Source: Euprymna scolopes (taxonomy: Eukaryota). Taken from it: DNA of 64,000 nt. The DNA lies in the NCBI GenBank assembly GCA_053919585.1, contig CM132814.1; one strand, given 5' to 3'. How positions within the stretch are numbered: position 1 is the stretch's first letter; every line of letters begins with the position of its first letter. Shown here one piece after another: positions 22,600 through 36,846 of this stretch. Under the pieces are notes generated by a model that saw only the letters and a program-made list of their open reading frames with translations, searched no databases and was not told the origin of the DNA. Both the position numbers and the translations under genes were made by a program.

Positions 22600-23940
22600 C
22601 TTAATGAAATAACCGGAAAAGTCTGGAGTTGAAGAGTAAAATACCTGTCAATTTCTGTGGTGAGAATAAGTTGCGCCGAAAGGATAAAAAAAACCGACAA
22701 AGACGAATGAAATAATAGCGATTTCTTCGATGAGGAGATCCAAGGAATATTTGCGCTGTCAATGAAAACGATAAAGGGGAGAATAATTAGCGTGTAAGTA
22801 TTGTGCTCCGGACCCAGAAAGCCCTTTGGATGGGAGAATGTGTGTTCCGGAAAGAAAACAGAATGTTAAGGTCATTCTAGCGGACCTGGCTCTTATATAG
22901 GCCGGGAATTGAATCAAAATGGAGATATCTACTGCCAGAAGGATCCCACCATTTTTCCACTGATACTGGTAACTGATTTTACGTAAGTGTCACATTTAAG
23001 AAGTAAACGTCAAGCATAGAAGCTTACAAAACATGGTGCCTCCCCAACGCGTGAGCTATTCATTTCAACTGATGCCAGATTTTGGTCAGAGCGTTGATGA
23101 TGTTAAAGTAGGATTTGGTTTTAAGCTCATGAAAACTAACTTGCCGCCTCTTTCACCTTTCTACCACGTGATCAAAATAATCGTGACCAGAATCAGAGAG
23201 ATATTGATCCTTTTCAGTCTTAGATGTGTTGTCATAAATTCTACGGATGATCTTAGGATGTTATTTGGAAGATCATTAATATAGACCAAGGAGGGCTTTG
23301 GGCCCAGAATGGCCACCTGAGGAACTCCAGCATTAATACTATGAAATTCTAATTTCTGCTTATCAACCACTATTCATATGAACCTATCAGAGATAGATTA
23401 TTTTATAACTTAGAAGGCATTCCCGTTATATGGTAGCTGGACGTAAACATTTTTGCCATACCCTATCAAAAGCCTTTCAAATGCAAAGAGCAATTGGACT
23501 AGAAAGCAAATCTTCGTCAAGAAATTCGCTAAACTGTATGATTTATAAGGGTTAATACATCTGCTGCAAATCTAACAGAACAGAAACTATATTTCATGCA
23601 ATAAGAAGGTTGTTTTGGCTGACTTCACTGTTTAACACAGATTCCAGATTCTTATGACGTGCAGGAAACTTATTTGTCTGTTCTGAGATGGAAATAGCCG
23701 ATCACTAGAACAGGGCATACTGATGAGGTTTTTCATTGTGTAGAGAAGCAATTCTAAAACAACGCTTAAACAGCTTCGTAAGTATTTCAGCTGCTTCTAG
23801 TTGAACTTTTTTCAGCACTATCATGGACATTTGCTTTACTGGAATCAAGGATTTCGATTAGCTTGGCAACATCACATACCGATATTTGTATTTCACATAG
23901 CCTGTTCTCTGATGCAATAATGAGGGGGAAGGAGACATCT
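22600..23940 (-). mobile_element. CR1/Jockey-group LINE RT remnant
   Basis: INAGVPQVAILGP...VYINDLP (23161-23370) is a decayed GVPQGS.LGP...YINDL motif. It shares DNA motifs (aacgcttaaacagctt, gattagcttg.caacatcac) with the element at 33100-35690. Confidence 0.7.
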
Positions 23941-24887
23941 ATATAGTTCTGTTATGCTTCTTTCTTAACTCATATAGAAAGGAGAGAGGGTGATGTACAG
24001 TTCTTATAACACAGAAAAGGGGAAGAGAGATACCTTTCTTGTAAGGGTTACATAAAGTCCATATGTATATTATTCATACATTACATTCAATTTTTAAATG
24101 GCAACACGAAGACAACAGTTACAAAAATCGATGATGTTCTTTATTTTATTTGACAGGTCAAAATGATGATGACGTCAGGAATCCACATTGGTTCTACATG
24201 GTTAAAATTCTACTCCTTCGATTCTGAGGGTTGCCTCCTCTGACTATGGCAGCTCTTTTGGAGCGATTTTGCTGACTGTTCGAACTTGACTGACCGACTG
24301 CTCGACTCTTCTAATCTGCTTATACTAGCTACTATTATTGCTATTACGTCAAATGTGTGGTTCCAAAACTTGACTAACTCATGTGGCTCAGCACACGTTG
24401 TCCAAACACCCATTCGACAACAAAGTATTCTCAATTAATCTATATAATTCAGTGTTCATAACAACGGACAATTAAATTCCTTTTGCAATACAAACAATAT
24501 CTAGCTATTTCCAAAACAATAGCTATATTCTAACATTCCAGTTTCTGAATCTATTCTAAATCTTGCTTACAAGGTTCGAGTCTCGGCTCATCCTGATCTC
24601 ATATTACTCTCATCTAATGGTTTCTTATTTACAGGAAAAGGGGGCGCCCTCTTTTCTCTGTAACAGTTTTGCCAACAACTCGGCCGGTCTGGTATTGAAG
24701 AAATTGTAACACCAGTTTTTATCGTCCTCTATATTGTCTATTTATATAGTTCGATAGGAAGCGTAAAATATATTAATCCGTGTGCACACACTTCACAGAA
24801 TATAATGGATGGGGGAGGACCTACCTTTTGAGTTCTTGGAGTGTATTTTGATTACTGGCTAGCGTTCCTAATAAGGCATATAGTTTT

Positions 24888-25870
24888 CACTGGGGGCTGT
24901 TCACTAAATTAATATATTTCACGTGATTAAGCTGAGAGATGTAAATAACCTTGATTATGGAAGCTATTTCGATAAATTTCCAGTGTATCATGCCCTCACA
25001 GTTCTTAACAAATGCAGATCATTGAATAAAGATCAGAATAGACTTTCGGATGTATATCTTGGGGCAACTCCCTTTTGTTTGGTTTTACTTGATGTTTAGG
25101 TATGGGGACTGTTACTTATCTTACGTTCCAACACACTCCAAAAGAGCTTTTATGACAATGCGTGTCTTCATAACGAATGAGAGATTTAAAAGCAATTTGA
25201 AGGTGATATTTAGTTCTTTATTTAACCTCAGCAGGCAAACACATTCTTAATTTCTCAGCAAATCCCACGAAATAGAGATAATTGCGTGTTGATTTTGTTA
25301 TCACCCTTTGTTTTATCGGCTTATGCATGACTTGATTCGTGACCGTCTTCTTCTAAAAGTGTGTGAGGTGCTATTCTTCAGGTTCAGAATGGTTTTAGCT
25401 GCGATGCGTATCGTCGATATCAAGAGCTTAATTTTCAAAAAAACTTTCTAACATATTCCCGCGATGTAAACTCGCATGTGACACCTTTTACGCATAACTT
25501 GAAAAAGTCCCGGGTTGCTTCAGCCGTTGTTATCTCTTTATAATAAGAGCAAGTGTTTAAAATGTTGCGCTTTATCACTTGGATATTCTATTCCGAAGCC
25601 TAAATAGTGATAAACAGGATTTATTTGTCTAAAAGATAATTTATACATTTTTGTTCGACGGGAAAATCTCCATCGAATGAATATCATACATTCTTTGGAA
25701 AGCAACGACTTGTAACAAAAAAATGATACGAACTTATCCATCAACCCAAGGAACGATTCATAAAGTAATGTTTTTCAATTATAGTTCAATGTTTTAAACA
25801 AACGAAATGTACTAATAGATCACTCCAAAATATAGAATTATCCGTACTTTCGAGTCCTTCCAATAAGTCT
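24888..25870 (+). mobile_element. Possible highly decayed mariner-like transposon
   Basis: A TIR-like gggctgttcactaaatt lies at about 24893, and there are faint transposase-like fragments. No intact motif was seen. Confidence 0.25.
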
Positions 25871-26734
25871 TATTGATATCAAAATTATTGGTATCGAACT
25901 CGGGATTTTGTACAGAATTTCAAACGGAATAATTATTTTATTCTGGAAAGCTTTCTGCCTTTCATACCATGACTGGATAGAAGTTATGAATATTCTGACG
26001 TGTATTCTTTCAATCGCGTGGATACAGAAGTAAACCTTACATAACGTATACAGTACAATTGGTAATTAGTTTACACTTCTAGTCGGTAATGGTTGGTGAA
26101 CACTAACAACATATTTCCATTGGGAAAATAAGTGTTTCTGTCTGACGTGCGTAGATATATTTAAGTTTAATTAATGATTCTCGAGGTCCAAAAGATGCAC
26201 TTTACGACGAGAAGTTACTTTGGCATTAACGTTCTGATAATCACCTTATATATATGAACAGTATTCCGAATAATAGAACACATTTAAACTCATAAACAAA
26301 ACAACAAAAACTTGGATGACGCCGTTTTTGCGAGTAGAAATACCGGAAAATATTTTGTTTAATTTTTAAAATGCTTTTCATTTTTTCTTTTTCTGCAGGT
26401 AATTAACAACGGTGCTGAATTGTAATTATTGGATGAGGTAACTGTGCATTGCACTTATATCGGCAACAAAGGGCACTTCCTCTGATAAAGAATTACCAAG
26501 AGACAATTTAATTAGACGCACAAAAGATCATTTACATACAATATGACGTCGTTCAGTCTCAAAGAAAACCATACAATAAAAACGATATATCGCGGCGCAG
26601 TTATATCCCACTCATCAAGTTGACTGCCAACTTTACACAAGTCGTCCTGATTTCACTTATACATTGGATAAATGTGAACATCTTTCTTTTCTACACGGTC
26701 TTGCGAACAGACATTAATCGAAATATCGTCAGCC

Positions 26735-26893
26735 ATGACGTTTAACGAAACATACGAAATGCCCGAACTAAATTACACATTCAATTACACCCAAGCTGCA
26801 ACGAATTTTACATTCGATAATCCATTTAACAAAATGCATATCAGAGTGACATTCTGCACTCTGTATACACTAGTATTTTTTGTTGTTTTTTTG
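26735..26893 (+). CDS. Putative first coding exon of a class A neuropeptide GPCR (trissin-receptor-like N-terminus plus TM1)
   Basis: The ATG at 26735 is in a gccATG context. Four N-glycosylation sequons (NET, NYT, NYT, NFT) precede the hydrophobic IRVTFCTLYTLVFF, and a splice donor GTGAGT follows at 26894. An upstream polypyrimidine-CAG acceptor ends at 26398. The family assignment is from recalled similarity and was not searched. Confidence 0.65.
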
Positions 26894-27779
26894 GTGAGTA
26901 ATAGCACATCTATATTTTGAAGCTTGACATAACTGTGTACAATTGTTTTTTTGTTGTTTTTTTTCAGATGAAAATTATGATAATTTTATTTCTCTGGTCA
27001 CCTTTCATTATATCCAATGTCAGTGACGAAGATTTATGATAACAAAGATGGTTGTCTTGAGAGGAATGTGCACTTTTGATGTTTTCATATACGTATTAGA
27101 TGACTACCATGTTTTTCGGTGGTATCCGGTCATAAAATACGCATAAACATATTTTAATTAATGCAAAATTCCGTATTTATTATTATAGATACAATTATGT
27201 ATTTATTGTTATAATATGACCAATATATAGTAATTGTTTCAAAAGTAAAAAAAAGAATAAGGCTAGTCTGTCATCAGATAGAATTGAAAGCAACACATGT
27301 AGCTCTTCAGCGGAATTCACTAGAATATGACATGATTACATTTTAATGTAACTAGCGTATAAATGTGTTCATAATTAGGCTATTAAAGTCGACTCACGCC
27401 TGACAAATTTTCATTTTTCGATTTTGACTTTCTAACGGGAATTTTTACTGGCTAAAACAATCGAAATTGTTCCACAGATCCTAAACCTCTATATCATGTT
27501 TCAAGTTTGTAGACCGAAAATTGACAGAGAGGTGTGATAGAAACAATTTTACATACACACACATACAAGCCAGATTGGTATTCTTAGATATAATTTTGAT
27601 ATCTGTAAATAGATTTTAATCAATTATTCTGCCTTTTCCAGTAAATAGCAAAAGTTATGAGAAAATTATGTTGCCAGATCACACGGCATCTCTTCGTGTT
27701 CAATTTTAAACAATTGTTATGAAAACATTCATATTAATGGATTGTTTTGCAGATGGGCAAACATTTTTACATTTAGATG

Positions 27780-30290
27780 CGACTGTATATTTATTTCGCC
27801 TAGAATAGATTATTTGAGGCACGGTTTTTTTCATCTGCTGGTGTATATTGAAAAATTAACGATAATAGCTGTTTAAAATCCGTAGCATTTTGAAAATAGT
27901 CTGACATGTCCGTCAATAAAGCCAATAAAGCGGTTCCAGTGATTTCTTGGCTCAGTTTGGCATTCCTCCTTAAGAATAGGTATGCTTTTAAGCAATTTTT
28001 TCTCTGCTTTTCAACAATTCTTTTTTCCGTGTTAGATATTTTCTCCGTGACGGTTCCAGAAAATTGCATATTTTATGGAAATTACAAAGAAGTATTAGCA
28101 GGTCTTATACTTGGGTGCAATATCGCAGCTCTTTTAGATGCGTACCAAACTGAAAAAAAAAATCATTAGATGGGTCTGAAAACCAATTTATTTGATTATT
28201 GATAAAATACATTGTTTTATTGTAAATGTTTTATTGTAGTAGTCTAAGCTTATACTAAATTGATTGCATTCACAAAAATCATCTGTATTGTCATTTTTAT
28301 GACGCAGGTCTACATCAACACAAGAAGAGTGAGATCGGCTTTGTATTATCAGTCTCAATTTATTGAGAACTTTGCTAGCAATGTTTGAGCATATGTTTTC
28401 AATAATTAGCAATGCCTTATTATGGATTCCTTGTATATAAGCTATATAGTTATTAGTACATTAACTAGGTATTGGATTAAGGGAATTACCATCAACTTTA
28501 TGTGATTCATATTTCTCCCATAAATGTTGGAAATGAAGAAGACAAATGAATTATATGATTGCATTAATGCATAGAATTGATTAGAAGATGGTATGTTATA
28601 CACAACATTAGTTGATACATGCTAGTGCCCATCATCTTTCAATAAATTTAGAGCTTACAGGTATTATAAATCTGGCATGTGTAGCGAGATTCTTATTTTT
28701 CCGTTGTTGAAAATACATGGTCAGAATGAAAAATAAGAGTCTTCTTGTGGTTTCTTTGAATATACCATGTTGATAGTTGTTTTTCTCGTTTGCGTCGTTC
28801 AAATGGTTTCTACACATATCCATAAGCATTTCCGAAAACAGCAGTGTGTTCGCTAATGCGTCGATTACAGATACCGTTTAAAAAGCCGTTAAATATTGTA
28901 AAAACAGTTGAACGGTAGATTCAGATCTGGTTGTTGTATATTTGAAGTAAGGAGTAAACATATTGCGCATTTTTATAGACATACTGTTATGTTAACAATA
29001 GCCGGAACTTGTTTCTGTATGGAGAATGGAAGAATTGTTTATATAGCCTGATCGCTACTCATGAATTTTCTGGCTTGACGTTGTGCGATTTCATTGATAT
29101 GTATGTTTGCATTCATATAATTTATCTTTATATGCAGATCAAAATTGTTATATCAGTATATTTGCTTTCATGTATTCAAATTTAGAGTTGAGTGGCTTAA
29201 CTGCGTTATAAATTTTTACATTTGGAGGTGTTTCATGGCAAATGCCAGTAGAAAACAATCAACCGATCATCCACGTCAATATCCTCGGTTGGCTTTTGTA
29301 GCAATGCTACTTTATAAATATTTTCTGCTAACATTTTACTGAATAACCGATACTCCTCTGTTCCTGTAACTGCTTTGATTAGTAATGACGGGAATATAGT
29401 TTTCCCAGCTAACATGCATAATGTAATTCAAACCTTTATTCTACATGGTACATGTGCCATACTTTTATTACCACTTCATGCAATTTTTTATCAATGTCAG
29501 CATCAGGTATTTTGCCGCATACAACATTGTAGGTTAATTTTGGACCGATGTAAAGACACATACTTATATGTCTGTAATTCCGTTTTTGTAATGTTACCGA
29601 AGACTTGAAGCATACCAACATTCAACTATTGGATATTTAACAATGAAATCTATTAACAATTTCAGCTCCTCTCTAGAAGTTCTCGCTGTGACATCCTTCC
29701 TTATCAACCGATCATTGCTCAGGGAGCAAGATTTTTTTTTGCATCATCCGGAGCTGGTTAACATGAGAATGTACTGTTGCGATAACGTTCCACACAATAA
29801 CGAACACATGCAATTGCATCTCAAGCCTACTCGTGCATATGAGATAATTTATTTTTTGGATGCAATTACACATGTCCACTTTCTCTCCCATGGCAAAATA
29901 CATTGAGAATTGTGTTGAATATGTAGAGGCATAAATTTTCGAGTACAACTTTGTTTTTGTAGTTCTGCAACTTTTAGTTTTATGAAATAGGAGGTTGTAA
30001 TTTGGAATGTAAATGTCATCGGGTGGGAAGATGGGTCACAATTCAGTTATAGTTCGATTGTAATGATAATCATTAGCTGACTTGAACCGAATGCAAGGTG
30101 ATTAAGAATGTATTATTTCTTTGAGCATGCAGTGTAAGAGAACTTTTTACTGTTTCTCCTTGGCGTCTGTCAGCAATTGAAAGTAATGTTTGGTGAAAAC
30201 AAAGCAAATATTAATATGGCCAAAATGATCGTTTTAATTGCAATGCTTCATTCTCAATTCTCGTTGCACGTGACTTGATTTTATGTTTCC
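27780..30290 (-). mobile_element. Degenerate Helitron Rep/helicase coding remnant
   Basis: The minus-strand fragment IHNKALLIIENICSNIASKVLNKL (about 28350-28430) resembles the Helitron linker YNEALI.IED.C..IANK.L.QL. The flanks are heavily frameshifted and the boundaries are approximate. Confidence 0.5.
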
Positions 30291-32169
30291 GTGGTACACA
30301 TTAATATTATTCTCCATCTTATGTACTAGTACGACAGGTTGTTTATTTCCTTTTTTGAACAGTCAAAAAAAAGCCCGCTGCCACAATCATCTTACGTGTG
30401 AGTATGCATATCTTTCTTTTGACCAACTCTAAAAGAAAAACAGAGTAAATTATTCCTTTACTAAAATTGATTTAGAACATTCCTAAACGATCTTTCAATT
30501 AAGAAGGTTTTTTTCTAAAAATATAATGAAGGCAGATTAACGAACCCTAAACTTCCAAAAATAAACAGTATATTTGCTGCCTGTCACGTCCTCTTATTCT
30601 CAGTTATTCAGGGGCAGTCATTTTATATGCACCGATGAACAATGGGTGTGCATGAACGTCCCGGGGGTTCTGTGTCAGACGAGGATCGTTTAAAAAATTA
30701 GAGCCTCTTGTTTTCTAACACAAATTGTTTAAGAGCTAGAAAAATGTACCATTAAAAGGACAGGCATTTTATTCTCAGGAATTTATTGTTCTATATATTC
30801 ACACAATATTCAAAATAGTTGCTTATGAATCCAATGCCGCATATCTGCTTCTAACGCACTAGTATGACAAGTTTCGCTTTTTGTCAGTCTCCTATCGTCA
30901 TTATCTGCAATTTATAAAGGAGTAGTTTGGATTACTAAATGAATAGCTTCATTTAGAAAGAGGTTTTATAAGTTCTGTATATATAAGCTATTCCTAGGCT
31001 TAATGATTATCATCAGAACAGCAGAAAATAGCTTGGGGACACATATAAGAAATGCCACATACAGTCCTTGATGTATTATGCCAGGAAATGTTAAATGGAA
31101 TGTATACGGTATGCATGGAAAAAAGAAAATAGATGTCCGAGAAATGGTATAGCAGTAATAGAGTTGGTGACGTTGTTTAATCTACAGCGGACAGATGAAC
31201 GTGATACTTCTTGTGTAAGATTCTGAAGGGAAAATTCAGGCGTGTAGAAATAGGAAAAAGCTGCCAAAATACGATAATGTGAACGACAAAATAATAATAA
31301 AAGAATATGCATGAAAGAAGATGTAGGTATGTAAGTATTCAAAACTGCAGATGCAAACAAATCAATAAAAATGTAAAAGTAAATTCATGTATGTCTATAT
31401 TTATCTATTAAATATGTCTATGTTTTATTTCCTATTTACGTAATGCTTCACTCAGAAATTTATAATTTCATATACACTAATAAGCCTCTATATAATAACT
31501 GTTTCCACATTCTCTATTCCATATTCACAGAAACATACACATAGAAAACACACACGAGAACATATCCACAATAGATAGATAGTAGAGGGAAAGAGGGATA
31601 GATAGATAGAAAGAGAGATAAATAGATAACCGTGTAGTGCTGTGGGAACAAACCCGAGCAAAGTCCTCGACTACAAAGAAAACACATTTCAATATAACCT
31701 CAAAATATTTTTTTAACATTACCAAGGGTCAGAAAAACGATTGGCCCATTCACTTTTAACTACTATATAGTAGAACAAGATTATGCCCAGGGAATATTAG
31801 ATTCTCCTCAGCTACTCACTTTATAGTATCCGTGTATTTATTTTATCTTTAACTCATTAATTATTTTTTTTATTTCTATTGTTTATTCAGTATATTTATA
31901 GTTTAAGAATTTACTATTTCTTTTTTGTAAGTATTTTGTGTAGCTGGCGGTCTTGTGTATTCGCAGTTTCAGGTCAACTCTTTTTTTATCATGCGTTTTT
32001 TTTAATATTATTTCTTGGCTTTTATATAATTACGAAAATATAACATGAAACAAAATGCATTATTCTTACGTTTTCCATTGCATAATAAACACATTTTATT
32101 TTTATTTGTTCTTGAGTGTACATAAAGCTAAACGATGTATATGTTCGTCTATTACCTCTTGTTTTAGCA

Positions 32170-33000
32170 TTAGTAATTCTTCAATATATTAAAGGTTATT
32201 TTTAATAAAATTCGTTGGAAACCCATTTAACCATTGCATCCGAATTATTGAGGAGGGTATGGAAAGACTTAGATGATATGAGCAGCCGTATAAGAAACAG
32301 AAAATCTACTTTGCGTTAACATTTATTAAGAGCTCATGAAAAGTAAATGTCGTTCATAAATTTCCATAAGATTCATTTGATATTTTCCAAAATAAAAATC
32401 CAAACAAAATTAAAAAAATAGTCAGAACAATCAGGAGATTAAAAAGAACTAATTATTTTTCCCCGGGAGAACTTATATTTATACATAACGAGAAAAATGA
32501 ACAAGCACGATTAACTATACCATAAAAATACCAAGTATAAAACAAAATAAACTTTCATATCTCTAAACCGAGCCACCACATAAATAGCAACCAAACTATA
32601 CATCTAATAATTGAACAAATAACTTACGGAAAAGAGGAGTTTGTGTAAGTAAAGGATCATACATAATTTCCCTAATACGCATACAGACATATTAGCCAAG
32701 CTACATATGAAATAGCTTTCAACAGTAAATCAATCATTAGAAAAATAGTTGCAAATAGATGCAAATTCACCTGACTAAACGTTGTAGATTTTCACACTCC
32801 CATTCCAACATATTCTAAAAAAACATTGTTATTCGAATCCACATATAGCAATATAAGTGATCTCGAAAAGAGACATTAATTGAGACAAACACGTCTATTA
32901 TTCTAAAGAAAGAACCATGCTAAAAATCAACCGCCGAATATTTTAATTTGAGCCGGGATGACGCACCCAAAAATTAGAGATGGAAAAGCACACATCGTAT
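32170..33000 (+). mobile_element. Possible decayed Penelope-like RT fragment
   Basis: Fragments RWKPI and RLLF*RK-EP..KK resemble the N-terminal and RT regions of Penelope-like ORFs. Very degenerate. Confidence 0.3.
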
Positions 33001-33099
33001 TTAATATGATCTAAACCCGTGTTTATTTTTACAAAGGAATCACAACTTATCAAGGCCCAGAAGCCGCTCGATGAAAAGTGTCAATGAGTGTACAGTAAT

Positions 33100-35690
33100 C
33101 AAAGGGGCAATATCATAGTAATCCTTAGTAGTGGAAATTTGGTCAATTGGATTTATTTAAGAGAACGGCTTATAAAGAATTTGTTTAAGTTGGAAGACGA
33201 TCATATTGTAGTCAGCTCGAAAGCAGGTAAACAGAAGAGAGTTCCATAGGTGTGCAGTTCTAAGAAAGTGGTATTGTTTTCATGAACTGTATGTGCAGGT
33301 TTAGGCATATATAAAGAGTGGGGGAAATTATTGATAGTGTTTCAGGTAGATGAGTGTGCCTCGTAAATATTTGGCGATGGGGAGACTATAGATTGAAACT
33401 CAGACGAGCACTTGCATTAAAAATAACGATAAAACCGAGACATGCTCACACCGTCTCTTCTGTTAGAAAGAGGTGGCAGGGAAGAAAATAGGGCACCCCC
33501 ACTAAGTTAGGAAGTGTATTTTAAACTTTGTCAATGCAGGATAACGTCGTTCTAGCAGCTCCTGTTTGATGTGATACAATACTGTATGCTTGGACGTACC
33601 TGGCTTATATAGGAACAGAATTACATCAGCAGCTAGATATGTATTTATCGATAGAAGTTTCCCACTATTTTTGTGGCGAACTTGAAAGCGGATCAAGTCA
33701 CGTGTTTTATTTAACATCAGGAGTAATGGTCAAGCCTAGACGCTTGTCAAATCATTAAACCTCTCTAAGATAAGATACATTCATTTCTATTAATGCTAGA
33801 TGGGGATCGGAACGTTGACGGCGTAAAGGTAGAAGCCTTGTTTTAGATGCATTAATAGGAACCATCCGCCTTTTTCCCTATTGTACCACATGCTCAAGAT
33901 CAGAGGAGAGAGAATCAAAGAGAACTTGATCGTTAAGATGGTAGTGTCATCAGCATAAATGTCTACGAATGTTCTACGAATGTTATTTTGAAGATCATTA
34001 ATATTGATTAGGAAGATAGGTGTACCCCCGAGTGATTAGAACATTAATACTATGAACTACCAATTTCTGTCTATCAACCACTAGTCTTATGAACATATCA
34101 AAGAGAAATAGTGTAATAATTGGATAGACATTTCCAGCTATACCATAGCTGGAAATCTTGTGAAGTAGACCTTTATGTCATAACCTATGTAAAGGTTGGC
34201 TATGTCAAAGAGAATTGCCCTAGAAAGGAAGCCTCTATAGAGAGATTCGCTAATCCTTTGAAATATACCTGCTGCAAATCACCAAATTCTTGAGTACGGG
34301 GAATACTGATGAGATTTGGGAAATGATGCTCTTTTAGAACGCTTAAACAGCTTTGTACTTAGGGTAGCTATTTCTGGTTGAAGCTTTTTCAACACTATAA
34401 TTGAAATGCCGCCTGGGCCAGTCGCTTTACTTGAATCAAGGTTTTTGATTAGCTTGACAACATCACGCACGGATATTTGTATGTCGTATAGCGTGTTTTC
34501 TGATATGACTATACGGGAGGTAAGCGACTTGGTCGCATTAGGTAGACTTTGCTGCAAAATTCTTTGCAAAGAGTTTGACTTTGATGCTGACGAGATTACC
34601 ACAGGTCAATTGATTATGGGTTGTATAGTGCACACGCTTATGTTCAGGATTATGTTTGCAATTTTCAAAACAGGTTGGAATCAAGCCGGTAGTCAAGCAC
34701 TTTGGACTTGACGGACTGAGCATAAAACTTCCCAGCGTTCTTCATTACTTTTCTATGGTGGTGGCTGGAAAACTTTAAACGGGGTATAGTCTCAGTATAT
34801 CGCGCAATGGCAGCAGTAAATTCTGGAGAAAACCACGGATGGACGTTAGGTATTTGCTGGAATTGTTCGAGGGTATTAAACAATTTATACCTATAATTTA
34901 CCATTCTGGCAGGTCTGATACTATAGAGGACACGAGTTTAAACATAGACGCAGAGGTAGATCTAATATAAATATAGGGAGCTATTGAAATAAGCCATAGA
35001 GTGTCGATATAATGTAGATAGAAAGGTATGTGTGAGCTCCGATTACATTTCGTTTTTATCTTAACTGATATAACAAGGTGTTCGGAAGATCCCAGTGGAG
35101 ACAGAACGGAAGATGAAAATAGCTCAGGGCAAGTTTAAAGGAAAAAGATCTGGGAGACTTTGCATACTGTCCGTCAGTATCCGGAACTCGGCTGGGTTCG
35201 CGAACAATATGAGTGAGGACATAAGCGATGGAAAAATCGTAACAGAATATCTACTAATCACCCGTCTTGTTCAAGTGGGTAACCCATTTAATAATGTGAA
35301 TGTTAGATTAAGGATGAGCAGAAATAATGTGGTTAATTTTCTAAGATACCCTATTAATTATAGTAACTCCGCTGTTGTGGAGGCGATAGTGCCCAAATCT
35401 AAACGCAGCCGTGTAAGCCAGTGCAACCCGGAAGCACAAATAGGATAATTTAGGATATTCTCTGGGGATGTACTTGCCACATAGACTACCATCTTGAATG
35501 TAGGCACATATCCCTTGCCAATATCGATCTTGGGGGTCAGATTTGGTTGTTAATTTGAGTATCTTTTAATTCCAAACTCTTTTAGGGAAATAGTCGGTCT
35601 TATTCCAGTTTCGCTTAGAAATATTAAGTTTGGTGTGTCTCTTGAAATTGAGGTTACTCCTCTGAAAGGTTGAAACGTTGACCCTTGATG
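33100..35690 (-). mobile_element. CR1/Jockey-group LINE remnant (endonuclease plus RT)
   Basis: PNLIFLSET (APE endonuclease, about 35610), KLIKNLDSSKATGPGGISIIVLKKLQPEIA (34279-34602), FLININD and DIYADDTTI (about 33940-33965). Confidence 0.8.
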
Positions 35691-35851
35691 TTGAAATCGG
35701 AGACATGGTATTGGGGGTCTACGTTGTATTCGGTTTAACCGTGTGTTTTGTTTCTGGAAAATGTTCGTTGAATTTTCTGATGTGTGGAATAGGTCGAGAG
35801 ACTTGCTTAGAGAAGGGAAGAGAAGGACAGTAAGGGGAAAACGAAACGAAG

Positions 35852-35919
<68 letters not shown>

Positions 35920-36490
35920 GTTTTTGTAGCAAATGATAAGGTGATACCGTAACAAGTAGCCACTAATAGGGCATCTAAAAACCTAATAAGAAGTTTTCAG
36001 AATCCATTCACAACATGCCAATATAGCAATATAGCATCCCTAGTAATTGGCACCTGATAGGACAACCTCCTTAGATTTTATCCAATGTACGGATCCCTGA
36101 GTATTAGGTTGGTGACATCAGCACAGATAAAACGCTTAACTCCGGCACCATTACTAGTGATATGGCCACAAAGAGAGGCATAAAAACAGATCTTTGCCGC
36201 TTGTTCACATAAAATACTGCTAACCTAGAATATATCTTTTCTTGGCCCTTTGTCAGAAAAATCATCCATTAAAAATGAAGACAGAGGGAAAATAAGGATA
36301 AGCGAGATTAACGGGAGCTACCGTTAATCGATGCACAATGCATTATCTACTCATCATTAAAATAAAAAAATATGATTATATTCAGTATTTTATTTCATAC
36401 AAGTCTAATTGACGTATTTAAGTGAAAGTATTGTGATGGATTCCACTCTAAACTGAAAATAAATAGAAGTGTGGAAGTTATTTATGCTAT

Positions 36491-36846
36491 TGTTGGGATC
36501 AGACAAATTTATAATGCAAAAGGGAGTAACGTGTTGCTTCTTTGGGGAAAGTTACCCCCCTTTGTCCTTTAGCCCTAAACTTTGACTTTGAAAATGGCGA
36601 GATGAAGATCATGCCACTCCTTGATTTTAATATTTGGACTTCTAACTTTCATCTATCATGTTTTGAATTAGAGTTACGTGTGCGCGTGTCTCTAAATAAA
36701 CGTATATCGTTATGTATCAGTGAAATGCATTTTCCGTAAGTTAAATGTGCTTTCCTTATAGGTGCTACATACCAACCGCGAAGACTGGACTCCCTGCGGT
36801 GAGATATTTTTTGTTATATTGAGCTAATGCATGCCACGATATAACA
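36491..36846 (+). repeat. 5' LTR
   Basis: TG...CA; aligns to 40958-41367. Confidence 0.9.
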
